A DNA stretch of 64,000 nucleotides. Origin: Macrostomum lignano. Lineage: Eukaryota. The DNA is taken from NCBI GenBank assembly GCA_002269645.1, contig NIVC01003507.1, positions 1 through 64,000 of the forward strand, written 5' to 3'. The notes under the pieces were generated by a model that had not been told where the DNA came from, did not search any database, and saw only the letters and a program-made list of their open reading frames with translations. Each line of letters begins with the position of its first letter. Position 1 is the stretch's first letter. Shown in pieces: positions 13,281-45,244 of this stretch. The position numbers and the translations under genes are program-made.

Positions 13281-13390
13281 ATAAATAAATGGCTAATAGG
13301 TCAATGACCTCCGCTCGGGCTCGAGGTCTAGATTATCTAGATTATCTAGGCCTCGAGCGGAGGTCATTGACCCATTAGCTATTTATTTAT
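13281..13390. repeat. 110-bp palindrome with 37-bp arms (MITE-like or hairpin)
   Basis: 13281-13317 ATAAATAAATGGCTAATAGGTCAATGACCTCCGCTCG is the reverse complement of 13354-13390 with 2 transition mismatches. Confidence 0.9.
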
Positions 13391-14819
13391 TGACCTTCAA
13401 GTGCAACTTTTCAAGACAATGATCAGATATATAAAGTAGAAGATCCCAAGATTTAAATAGGCTATTAAAATTTATAATAATAGGGGCCTAATTATTATTA
13501 TTTAAAATATGCCTAAAAAGTTGGGCAATCTGTTAATTTGATTATTTCTCTGAAATTTGCAATTCAAATAAATAAATAGTAGTTTGATGCCCTCGGCCTA
13601 GTGTATTTTACAGTGCCTACTAAATTATAAATTTAAATTTAAATTAAACATAAAATATAAAGTAGCGTAGGCCTTTAAAAGCTCTAATGTAATAGATACT
13701 GCTTTGTAATACTCCTTTCGGCCTACTCTAAATAACTAAGGTATTTGGTATTGGTATTATTTATTTTGTTAAGTTTATTTTATAGTAGATAAGATACAGC
13801 AAATCAAATTAAATGAAAATTTTTTTTTCAAAATTAAAGAAATATAAATGTCAGTTAAAAAAATTCTAAGTGAATACTATTTTCATAAAGAAAAAGTTTT
13901 GTAGAGTGTTTATTATTTTGTTATTATATTACTTTTTTATTATTTTGGGGATTATAAACTAAGCTATCAAAAAGCAATCTGGGGTATTAAAATAGTAGGT
14001 ACCAAAAAGCATAAAAACCATGAAGTTACTCTTCTCAGTTGATATATGAATTTTATTCCATATTCATAAGATAAGAAAATAACTAGCAGTAAAGGGATAG
14101 TAGTAGGCTATAATTTTGAAAAAAAAATTTTTAGTGTTTTTGCAGTCTTACTAGTCTAGTCTAAGACTAAATAAAAAGGATATAAGATTTGTATTGCAGT
14201 TTTTTTAATCAAAAAGCTTTTTCTATGAAAAAGATAACATAGTTTATTATGATTCCAATGAAAAGAGTACCAGTCATTTCAGGGACAAACATTTCAGTGA
14301 CAAATAGTCATTTCAGTGACAAGTTGCTTTTGTGATAGACACACTTCATTTTTATGAAAAATTAAAGATATAATAAGTATTGTCATTTTGGTGATAAGAG
14401 GCGCTTCATAATATTAGCTTGTAGTTATTTTGTTAAGATATATGCTTTGTACATATATATTTAAATTTTTTTATCAAAAGATTAATATATTTAGGAAAAC
14501 AAATAAAACTAATTTCGTTGTTTTCTTCCTATACAGATCATTTTTGAATTGTCCCAGAGTTTTCAAACACATAAACCAAAACCATAAACCTATATAGAGA
14601 ATCCTCATGAAATACCAACCACAAGAAAAGCAGAAATTTATGCTATATACGTTTGGATTGAAAAACAATTCCAACAACTGCAACTCTAATTGTAAATAAA
14701 CAAAATTAAATAAAGCAGAACTTAACCTTTTCTTCAAATATAAAACTTAAGTTCAATATCCTTTAAGATTTGCAAGCTAATTTTCTGTTTTAAACTGAAT
14801 GGCTATCACTTAAAAAGGG

Positions 14820-15708
14820 TATTTTTGCTTGTCACCAAAAGGACTGTCACCGAAACATCTTGTCACCAAAATGATTTTTGCTTGTCACCAAAAGGACTGT
14901 CACCAAAATGATTTTTGCTTGTCACCAAAAGGACTGTCACCGAAACATCTTGTCACCAAAATGATTTTTGCTTGTCACCAAAAGGACTGTCACCGAAACA
15001 TCTTGTCACCAAAATGATTTTTGCTTGTCACCAAAAGGACTGTCACCGAAACATCTTGTCACCAAAATGATTTTTGCTTGTCACCAAAAGGACTGTCACC
15101 GAAACATCTTGTCACCAAAATGATTTTTGCTTGTCACCAAAAGGACTGTCACCGAAACATCTTGTCACCAAAATGATTTTTGCTTGTCACCAAAAGGACT
15201 GTCACCGAAACATCTTGTCACCAAAATGATTTTTGCTTGTCACCAAAAGGACTGTCACCGAAACATCTTGTCACCAAAATGATTTTTTGCTTGTCACCAA
15301 AAGGACTGTCACCGAAACATCTTGTCACCAAAATGATTTTTGCTTGTCACCAAAAGGACTGTCACCGAAACATCTTGTCACCAAAATGATTTTTGCTTGT
15401 CACCAAAAGGACTGTCACCGAAACATCTTGTCACCAAAATGATTTTTGCTTGTCACCAAAAGGACTGTCACCGAAACATCTTGTCACCAAAATGATTTTT
15501 GCTTGTCACCAAAAGGACTGTCACCGAAACATCTTGTCACCAAAATGATTTTTGCTTGTCACCAAAAGGACTGTCACCGAAACATCTTGTCACCAAAATG
15601 ATTTTTGCTTGTCACCAAAAGGACTGTCACCGAAACATCTTGTCACCAAAATGATTTTTTGCTTGTCACCAAAAGGACTGTCACCGAAACATCTTGTCAC
15701 CAAAATGA
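14820..15708. repeat. 53-bp minisatellite with three internal TGTCACC sub-repeats, ~16 copies
   Basis: Unit TTTTTGCTTGTCACCAAAAGGACTGTCACCGAAACATCTTGTCACCAAAATGA; highly homogeneous. Confidence 0.97.
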
Positions 15709-16276
15709 CTGTAATCCAATGAAAATCAAATATATATATATATTTCTTTCTTTATAGACAAGATTTTTTAAATATATAGTTGCTCTTCATTCTAGGCCTT
15801 GTATAATTTTATTGGAGAGTTATTCATTTGCAGAAGCCTACTTTTTATGCAAAATTGCTTTTTATAGGCTTATTGGCAAGTCACAAGACCCTTAATAAAA
15901 TCCTTACTTACAAGGCAGATCTGGGCACCTACAGATTTGCTTTTGATATTTAAAGCATTACTATAGGTTATCTATTAGCTAAGCATGTAGACAAAGGCCT
16001 AATACTATAATAGGTACTTTACTAGTGTATATTAAAGTTCTACTATAATTGCTAGCCAAATTTTTCCTGTAAGTATTATTAATTAATTTCTCATAACTTT
16101 CTATAATACTAAGTACTAGTAGACCTTTGTATTCAGCTTACATTTTCAACTTTTGCCAATGTATCAAATCAAAATATAAATATATTGATATTTCATTGTA
16201 TTTTATCTATTATAGATATTTTCAGATGTAAAAATGGAAGTTTGACTTTTTTGACTCTTGGTTTTGCCTCATATTA

Positions 16277-16563
16277 GGAGGGTTGTAGCAGTGGTTAGAG
16301 CATTGGGCTCACAACTGAAAAGTTGGGGGTTTAATTCTTGACCTACTTGGAACAATTTGTGTCCTTGAGCAAGATGCTTAACTCTGCATTGCTTCAGTTC
16401 ACCCAGCTGTAAAATGGGTGCCAGCATTAGCTGGGGTAATTGAGGGTATGTGGCGACCCCCCAGTCCTTGGACTGAACAGGCATACACAGCCTTCAGATA
16501 TGCTGTGCAATAGCTGCGGCTGAGCTGTTGGTTGCCAGTTAGTGTAGGTATTATTATTATTAT
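16277..16563 (+). mobile_element. tRNA-derived CORE-like SINE, decayed
   Basis: A-box-like TAGCAGTGGTTAGAGC and degenerate B-box GGGTTTAATTCTT. The central TGTGTCCTTGAGCAAGATGCTTAAC...CTGTAAAATGGG resembles the CORE-SINE domain. There is a (TTA)n tail at ~16550-16563. Confidence 0.75.
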
Positions 16564-16785
16564 TCTTATCATTATTATACTATCAAAAATATACTAAAAT
16601 ACATTGGTTCCTATATCAGATACAATAATGCCTATATAATGGAGCCCCATTGAGATGGCGCACTAATTAATACTCCTCAAATATTGTCCAAATTTTCCTG
16701 TCTAAAAGCTTTGAGCATTCAAGCACAATTGAAATAAGCCGAATTTGTGTATACGCTCTAGTTCTATACGCTTAGTTTGAGAACA

Positions 16786-36087
<19,302 letters not shown>

Positions 36088-36433
36088 TAAAATCGGCCAG
36101 TGTGCGACCGCGTGTTGGTTTCAGTTATTATGGGGCTTAACATTACCCGTCAGCTATACATTACTGGTAAGCTAACCCACTTCTGCCTTTGCCTACACCA
36201 TTCTTTCCTCTTATAATTATTATTTTCTCTCTTTAAAAATACTGCATACTCGAGCTCTTTCCTGCTGTTTCATTATTATTCTTCAAAACCTTTGCGCGTT
36301 TCTCTGACGCTTGTTTTGTTGTTTCTCTTTGTTCTTTGTTGCTGCTTTTCCTGACGATTGACGATCCGGTCTGTTGCTAAGTTATTTAGTTAAAAAATCG
36401 GCTCTTTACCAGCTTTCTAGAAATCGATCATAC

Positions 36434-37250
36434 ACCAACTTTCTGAGAATTGGTCCTTTGCCAACTTTCTAAGAATTGGTCCTATGCCAACTTTCTAAGA
36501 ATTGGTGCTTTGCCAACTTTCTAAGAATTGGTCCTTTGCCAACTTTCTAAGAATTGGTCCTTTGCCAACTTTTTAAGAATTGGTCCTATGCCAACTTTCT
36601 AAGAATTGGTGCTTTGCCAACTTTCTAAGAATTGGTCCTTTGCCAACTTTCTAAGAATTGGTCCTATGGCCAACTTTTTAACATTCGGTCCTATACCCAA
36701 CTTTCTTAAAATCGCTCCTATACCTACTTTCTAAGAATCGGTCCTATACCAACTTTCTAGGAATCGGTCCTATACCAACTTTCTAAGAATCGGTCCTATA
36801 CCAACTTTCTAGGAATCGGTCCTATACCAACTTTCTAAGAATCGGTCCTATACCAACTTTCTAGGAATCGGTCCTATACCAACTTTCTAGGAATCGGTCC
36901 TATACCAACTTTCTAGGAATCGGTCCTATACCAACTTTCTAGGAATCGGTCCTATACCAACTTTCTAGGAATCGGTCCTATACCAACTTTCTAAGAATCG
37001 GTCCTATACCAACTTTCTAGGAATCGGTCCTATACCAACTTTCTAAGAATCGGTCCTATACCAACTTTCTAGGAATCGGTCCTATACCAACTTTCTAGGA
37101 ATCGGTCCTATACCAACTTTCTAGGAATCGGTCCTATACCAACTTTCTAAGAATCGGTCCTATACCAACTTTCTAGGAATCGGTCCTATACCAACTTTCT
37201 AGGAATCGGTCATATACCAACTTTCTAAGAATCGCTCCTATACCAACTTT
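36434..37250. repeat. 26-bp minisatellite (AATCGGTCCTATACCAACTTTCTARG)n downstream of IPO7
   Basis: Direct reading; the left copies are a CpG-less variant (AATTGGTCCTTTGCC). Confidence 0.96.
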
Positions 37251-38597
37251 AAGAGTCAATCCTAATCGCTTTTTTAAGTTCTTTAAGTATCTGTAGGTAT
37301 CGCGTTTCTCATTTATATCATCATATTCATAAATAATGAAAAGTCTGCTATTTTGGCAATCCGAATCAAGAAGCAAGAGCTCCGGTTACACTATTTGCGC
37401 GTAAAAGTTCTTCTGTGCTGCTACAAGAAATTTATATTTTTTGTTTTGTTATAATTCTGTACTGCTCCTGACGTTCTTTTGACTGTGTAAAGATCAAAAC
37501 AAGTCGGTAGGTTTCCATGCTCTTGTCTTCTTTTTACCAATTTTATTAATAAATAGAATTGGATTCCAATGGCGATTCCAGCAAGACTGATCATATCAAT
37601 AACAGTTTTCATAATTTTAAATTAATGTTTTTAATCTTATATATTATTGTAGTGTAATTTACGAGTAATGTTATTATAACTGAAGCCAGTGCACCTACAC
37701 CTTTTGCTTGCTTACTTGGAATTCGTTCTTGTTTTTTCCTTAAAATATTATTAATATTGTTACTAATGGGTGGGTGACCTAATTTCCTAACCAAAACTAT
37801 TTGCCCCTTATATCACCCAATTATGATTGTCCGTTTTGTTGTTATATTATAATATGAATAATTATAAACTCCATCACAATAATGTTTCTCTATTCAACTT
37901 CTAATAATATTTTTGAAGCCTAAATATAGTTAAAATTTACTTCGTGTTTTTGTCGCCTTTAACTTCGATTTGATCTACTGTTAGTAGGCTAGCGGCGCAT
38001 ATTGTTATTTTTTTTCAATTTTTGGGCTTTAATGAATGCTTTAACATAGCGGTATTTTTAACACTGGTGTAGACTGCTATTCCGCCTTATTACAGTTTAT
38101 ATCTGAGTTTCTAGTCTTGCCCCTAGCGTATGCTGTTGATAAGTTATTTAACAAGCTATTAGTGTCAGCTAAAAAAGGAAAACTTCGCCGGCCAAAGGGC
38201 TGATTGGGCTAAAAATGATTGATAATGTGTTTTTTTCAAGAATAAAGTTAATATATTCAATCTACTCTACTAGTACATTAGTAGCATCTATGCACGGTAT
38301 GTTTCATTTTTATATATAAACTTATTATTATTTATTGACCTATTGGCGTTACCCGCTGTTTGAAGAGTGTTACGCATATGTGTTGAATATCAATTGAATG
38401 ATTGATAAATATTTCTGTCTAAAACCGTTTTTTCAGTTTCTCAATTTGCGTTGCTAGGTTGCTTCCGTGTTGGTAAATTAACAATTGTTTATCTATTAAA
38501 TACAATCGTGATCGGTCGCCTACTGTGGACAAAAAAATTTGTTTGATTTTACTTCGCTTTATTATTGTATGTTCTAGCTTATATGAGGTCTAAGTTC

Positions 38598-39946
38598 TAT
38601 GACAGCTCTATCTAGTGCAGTTCAGGTGTGACAGACAGCTGTATCTAGTGCAGTTCAGGTGTGACAGACAGCTCTATCTAGTGCAGTTCAGGTGTGACAG
38701 ACAGCTCTATCTAGTGCAGTTCAGGTGTGACAGACAGCTGTATCTAGTGCAGTTCAGGTGTGACAGACAGCTCTATCTAGTGCAGTTCAGGTGTGACAGA
38801 CAGCTGTATCTAGTGCAGTTCAGGTGTGACAGACAGCTCTATCTAGTGCAGTTTAGGTGTGACAGACAGCTCTATCTAGTGCAGTTCAGGTGTGACAGAC
38901 AGCTCTATCTAGTGCAGTTCAGGTGTGACAGACAGCTCTATCTAGTGCAGTTTAGGTGTGACAGACAGCTCTATCTAGTGCAGTTTAGGTGTGACAGACA
39001 GCTCTATCTAGTGCAGTTTAGGTGTGACAGACAGCTCTATCTAGTGCAGTTCAGGTGTGACAGACAGCTGTATCTAGTGCAGTTCAGGTGTGACAGACAG
39101 CTCTATCTAGTGCAGTTTAGGTGTGACAGACAGCTGTATCTAGTGCAGTTCAGGTGTGACAGACAGCTGTATCTAGTGCAGTTCAGGTGTGACAGACAGC
39201 TCTATCTAGTGCAGTTTAGGTGTGACAGACAGGTCTATCTGGTGCAGTTCAGGTGTGACAGACAGCTGTATCTAGTGCAGTTCAGGTGTGACAGACAGGT
39301 CTATCTGGTGCAGTTCAGGTGTGACAGACAGCTGCATCTAGTGCAGTTCAGGTGTGACAGTCAGGTCTATCTGGTGCAGTTCAGGTGTGACAGACAGCTG
39401 TATCTAGTGCAGTTCAGGTGTGACAGTCAGGTCTATCTGGTGCAGTTCAGGTGTGACAGACACCTGTATCTAGTGCAGTTCAGGTGTGACAGACAGCTGT
39501 ATCTAGTGCAGTTCCGGTGTGACAGACAGGTCTATCTGGTGTAGTTCAGGTGTGACAGACAGGTCTATCTAGTGCAGTTCAGGTGTGACAGACAGCTGTA
39601 TCTAGTGCAGTTCAGGTGTGACAGACAGGTCTATCTAGTGCAGTTTAGGTGTGACAGACAGCTCTATCTAGTGCAGTTCAGGTGTGACAGACAGCTCTAT
39701 CTAGTGCAGTTCAGGTGTGACAGACAGCTCTATCTAGTGCAGTTTAGGTGTGACAGACAGCTCTATCTAGTGCAGTTTAGGTGTGACAGACAGCTGTATC
39801 TAGTGCAGTTTAGGTGTGACAGACAGCTGTATCTAGTGCAGTTCAGGTGTGACAGACAGCTGTATCTAGTGCAGTTCAGGTGTGACAGACAGGTCTATCT
39901 AGTGCAGTTCAGGTGTGACAGACAGGTCTATCTGGTGTAGTTCAGG
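38598..39946. repeat. 33-bp minisatellite (CAGGTGTGACAGACAGCTCTATCTAGTGCAGTT)n just upstream of EED
   Basis: About 40 copies; this array produces the spurious LVQFRCDRQLY ORFs. Confidence 0.97.
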
Positions 39947-40063
39947 TGCTGTTACAGTGGAAGGATTCATATGCTTAATATGAGCACGGAACATGAATAA
40001 CAGGAAACATGAATACAATTCAGCCTAATCAGAGTTTCGCATCACCACTTTAAGCTACCTGGC

Positions 40064-42082
40064 ATGTCACAACAGCAGCAGCGGTCTAGCAAGCGAGTCT
40101 CAGTCGGCCCATCAGCAGGTAGACAGGCCGGCGGCAAGGCTACGACCAGCGGAGGCAGACTGTCGATGAGCGTAGGCTCAGGCGGCGGTGGCAAGCCGAA
40201 TCCCAAACTGAACTATAAGCAGACTTGCAGCCTGAAGGAGGGCCACGGCCAGTCTGTGTACGCGCTGCAATTCAACAATAGCAGCGGCAGCGAGCCCTGC
40301 CTGTTTGCCACCGCCGGGGCCTGCTATGTGACCGTCTACGCCTGCCTGCCTGACGGTGTTATTGAACTGCTTCAGGCGTACGCCGATCCGGCTGGCGATG
40401 AGGAGGAGTTCTGCTGTCTGGCCTGGTCGCTGGATCCGATTACTAGGCAACAGGTATGACCATCTAGGCAACAGGTGTGATCATCTAGGCAACAGGTATG
40501 ACCATCTAGGCAACAGGTGTGATCATCTAGGCAACAGGTGTGACCATCTAGGCAACAGGTGTGATCATCTAGGCAACAGGTGTGACCATCTAGGCAACAG
40601 GTGTGATCATCTAGGCAACAGGTGTGACCATCTAGGCAACAGGCTGTGACGTCTGACGTGACCATCTAGGCAACAGGTGTGACCATCTAAGCAACAGGTG
40701 TGACCATCTAGGCAACAGGTATGATCATCTAGGCAACAGGTATGACCATCTAGGCAACAGGCTGTGACGTGACCATCTAGGCAACAGGTGTGATTATCTA
40801 GGCAACAGGTATGACCATCTAGGCAACAGGCTGTGACGTGACCATCTAGGTAACAGGTATGACCATCTAGGCAACAGGTATGACCATCTAGGCAACAGGT
40901 ATGACCATCTAGGCAACAGGTATGACCATCTAGGCAACAGGTATGACCATCTAGGCAACAGGCTGTGACGTGACCATCTAGGCAACAGGTATGACCATCT
41001 AAGCAACAGGTGTGATCATCTAGGCAACAGGTGTGACCATCTAGGCAACAGGTGTGATCATCTAGGCAACAGGTGTGATAATCTAGGCAACAGGTATGAC
41101 CATCTATGCAACAGGTGTGACAATCTAGGTAATTGGTGTTACGCAGATTCTAGGCAAAATGAATTAAGATCTAAGTCTATACAATGGATGTGAGGATCTA
41201 GACAATGGATGTGAGGATCTAGACAATGGATGTGAGGGTCTAGACAATATGTGTGAGGATCTAGACAATGGATGTGAGGATCTAGACAATGGATGTGAGG
41301 ATCTAGACAATGGATGTGAGGATCTAGACAATGGATGTGAGGATCTAGACAATGGATGTGAGGGTCTAGACAACAGGCAGCTTTCAAACCCCCGGGTTTG
41401 AGGGCCAAGCCTCTTTGCTTTTTTAACTTGGAAAGCCTATAAAACATCAGTTTGAAACCCATCTCAGGTGATATTGACGGCCGGTCGACGCGGCGTCATC
41501 CGCGTGATTTGTCCATCCATGGCTGCCTGTCTGAAGAGCTTAGTCGGCCACGGTAACAGTGTCAATCACCTGAAGGTGAGCCCGCGCAATCCAGCCCTGC
41601 TATTCAGCTTCTCCAAGGACTACACGGCCAGAGCGTGGAATCTGGCCACCGGCCATCAGGTGGCCATCTTCGGCGGCTGCGACGGGCACCGCTCTGAGGT
41701 GCTGCACGGCGACGTGAATCTGGACTGCAGCCTGCTGCTCTCCTGCGGCATGGATCATTCTGTCCGGCTGTGGCGCCTGGATCGGCCGGAGTTTGAGCGG
41801 GCGGCCCGCCTCTCGGAGACCTGGTCGGACGAGGATGAGAAGCGCCGGTTCCCCACCTGGATGCAGCATCATCCGGATTTTGTCACGCGAGAGGTGCGAC
41901 CCCGTTTGATTTGGGATTTGGACTAAGATAGATAGACAGGCACTAAGACAGACAGACAGACAGACAGACATGCAGGCAGCAGACATACTGCCTGTCTATC
42001 TGTGTCTGTCACAGACAGACAGACACTAAGACAGGTAGACAAGACAGGTAGACAGACAGACAGTCAGGTAGGCATGTACTCG

Positions 42083-42154
<72 letters not shown>

Positions 42155-42236
42155 TAGACAGACAGGTAAACAGATAAACAGACACAGATAGACAGACAGT
42201 CAGGTAGACAGACAGACAGGTAGACAGACAGACAGG

Positions 42237-42292
<56 letters not shown>

Positions 42293-43731
42293 TAGACAGA
42301 CACGTAGACAGGTAGACGGACACAGACAGACAGACAGACAGGTAAATAGACAGAAAGACAGGTAGACAGACACAGACAGACAGGTAGACAGGTAGACAGG
42401 TAGACATGTGTATAGCATATAGAATATACATGGTTTTGTGTTTGATTTTTAGATAAGTAAGTGATGTCAAAGTTATTTTAGCTTCTTTGCTGGTAGGCAC
42501 ATGCAGATAAATATGTAGATAAGTAAGACAGGTAGGCAGATAGCTAGCTGTGTCTAAAGATGTATGCCAAATTGTCTTTTTCTTGTTCCTATTCAGGTGC
42601 ACGGCAACTACATCGACTGCGCTGCCTGGTTTGGCAACTGCATCCTGTCAAAGTCGTGCGAATCCTGCGTTGTCTTGTGGAAGCCTGGCAGTTTGAAATC
42701 GGCCGATTGTGGCCCGTTGAGGCACACTGACAATGCCATGTCTATACTGTACCAGTTCGAGGTGAAGAACTGTGATATTTGGTTCATCAAGTTCGATCTG
42801 CACCTGCCAACCAAGGTTGGACTTCGGCTTGTACTTTTATCTTCGGGAATCAGAATACCAGCTCCTTTCCCAGGGTCACTCTGCCGCCCCTATCATATCT
42901 CTGAGGATCACTCTGCCGCCCGTATCATAGCTCTGAGGATCACTCTGCCGCCCCTATCATAGCTCTGAGGATCACTCTGCCGCCCCTATCATAGCTCTGA
43001 TGATCACTCTGCCGCCCCTATCATAGCTCTGAGGATCACTCTGCCGCCCCTATCATAGCTCTGAGGATCACTCTGCCGCCCCTATCATAGCTCTGAGGAT
43101 CACTCTGCCGCCCCTATCATAGCTCTGAGGATCACTCTGCCGTCCCTATCATAGCTCTTAGGGTCACTCTGCCGCCCCTATCATAGCTCTTAGGGTCACT
43201 TGCCGCCCCTATCATAGCTCTTAGGGTCACTCTGCCCCCAACTATCATAGCTCTTAGGGTCACTCTGCCGCCCCTATCATAGCTCTTAGGGTCACTCTGC
43301 CGCCCCTATCATAGCTCTTAGGGTCACTCTGCCCCCAACTATCTCAGCTCTGAGGGTCACTCTGTCCCCAACTATACCAGCTGTGAGGGTCACTCTGACC
43401 CCCAATTATCCCAGCTCCGGGGGTCACTCTGCCGTCAACTATCGCGTATTAACAATCCCAGGACCTGAATTAAATCAATCCATCTGCATTCCAGCGCCTG
43501 GCCCTGGGCAATTCCATCGGCAAAGTGCAACTATTCGACTTGGACGCGCCGGACATTTTCGATATGCGGCCAGCAACGCTGAACGTCACTAAAGGCCAAG
43601 GCGCAGTCAGGCAGACCTGCTTTAGCCGCGACGGATCGACACTACTGTGCGTCTGCGACTTCGGCCTGGTTGTACGATTCGATCTGGACAAGCAGAGCGC
43701 CGCTGCCGCCGCGGCAGCTGCTGCCAAATAG
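40064..43731 (+). CDS. EED: Polycomb protein EED/ESC (PRC2 WD40 subunit), 4 exons: 40064-40453, 41468-41893, 42597-42815, 43495-43731; 423 aa
   Basis: Motifs LKEGHGQSVYALQFN, LVGHGNSVNHLK, VAIFGGCDGHRSEVL, SCGMDHSVRLW, VHGNYIDC, ILSKSCE..VVLWKPG, CDIWFIKF, LALGNSIGKV and VRQTCFSRDGS are colinear with EED. All introns are GT-AG, phase 0. Confidence 0.96.
40443..41130. repeat. 21-bp array (CTAGGCAACAG-GTRTGACCAT)n starting inside exon 1 and reiterating the donor site
   Basis: Direct reading, ~30 copies. Confidence 0.96.
41167..41372. repeat. 21-bp array (ACAATGGATGTGAGGATCTAG)n in EED intron 1
   Basis: Direct reading, ~9 copies. Confidence 0.94.
41935..42410. repeat. (GACA)n microsatellite in EED intron 2
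   Basis: Direct reading. Confidence 0.95.
42875..43440. repeat. 32-bp array (CTCTGAGGATCACTCTGCCGCCCCTATCATAG)n in EED intron 3
   Basis: Direct reading. Confidence 0.95.
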
Positions 43732-45244
43732 GAGCCGAATGCAGTAGTCACGTGAGCTAATGCTGAAATTGACATGTGGTGCATGTATAGTATCTATGTA
43801 TATAGTTGCATGTACAAGTTTATTGTCAAAAAGTTTCTATTTCTCAATTAACGAAATAAAGCAGCTATCTGCAGGCTTCATTATCTAAGTCTTTCTTCTC
43901 GCTAGTGAAACTCTCAATTTTTATTTAATTAGATAAAAGCAACTGTAGGATCAATTCATTCGTGTTTCGCCGCTGAAAAAGGTTCATGCGCACTAATCCG
44001 TGTTTTTGCTCACTAAGTAGATACCGTGTGTCTGCAATTCGTGTGTTCGCAATTCCCTTGGTAGTTTTTTAACTTTGGTAACTAATTTACCGGCTGGAAT
44101 ATTGCTGCCAAAATACAATGCTTGGCCATACTTAGTATATTTGTCTATTGATAAGTTGTGCTAAAATACTTTTCTTCAATTCTGTTGTCTCATTTATTTT
44201 AAATTTAATACTTTTTATGTTTGATTGTGTAATATAATTTACGGTATTCGAATTCACAGTTAGACACCGTGACTAATCACTGGATTCACGTTAAGAAGTA
44301 TCAATAACATTAAAAGTCATGACCTGCGTGTAATGAGATGCAGCTAACTGCCGGGGCATATTCTGTGGAGCCGGTCAGCCAAAGCAGATGCAGGCTATTC
44401 CATAGCCCATACCCAGTATTTTACACGTACATTACACAAGTACACACGAACAGCTGATATCCATTTTACACAATTCTGATAGTATAGCTAATTTCAAATT
44501 ATACTTGTTTTACTGACATTAAACATTCTCAGCCACAGAGTCCACGCTACAGCGACTATTCGAAGGCAAGAATACAGATAACGTGCATACATGTACTATA
44601 CATCTACAAGTTGATTAGAAATGGCACTAACAATACACCTAGTCCAGCCGTAGCAGTAGAGTTTTGTGACGCATTTCTTTGCTGTTTTGTTTAAGGCTTA
44701 TAGCTTTTTCCTAATTTTTATTCTTTATAACTGTGGGTTAAAAGATTTTGTTAAACTTGCTAAGACATAAATAACTCGTTTTAACTTCATCAGTAAATGC
44801 CGAATTTTTGGCCACGTCGATCGATTCCTATAAATCATGCTCATTCCTCTAAATTTGATTAAAACTGTATAAAATACTGTAAAGTGTAGCAAAATACAAA
44901 GTAAATCTGCATTTTTTAGGTTTAATAAAGATTATAAAGGTTTTTTTCAACGCAAACAGCACCGAGGCACAGACTTTCTAGTACGACTTTTACGGTACAC
45001 ATCTTGATATTTTTAGAAGCGGTAGAGTTCGTAGATATTATAAACCATCCAGTAGGCCTACACTAGCATATGTCTAGATAGAAGTCAAAGTGGATTCTAC
45101 AGTATTTTATCATATGGACGATCACTGCTAATTATACACTAGTTTTATAGTAATAATAGGGCCTAGATAGGATAAATAGAATACGACTTTTATTATCCAA
45201 TCCAGCTATACTATCTTAAGGACCTAGCTAGCCCCTAATCAGCA

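Noticed and set aside
37173-38340. Short AT-rich minus-strand ORFs (also 14474-14737 and 47183-47467) as genes
   Set aside because: No recognisable motifs or splice structure; possibly decayed TE sequence, but not supportable.
38615-39940. 309-aa and 122-aa ORFs of LVQFRCDRQLY repeats
   Set aside because: They are translations of a stop-free 33-bp minisatellite, start at GTG, and have no splice or homology support.
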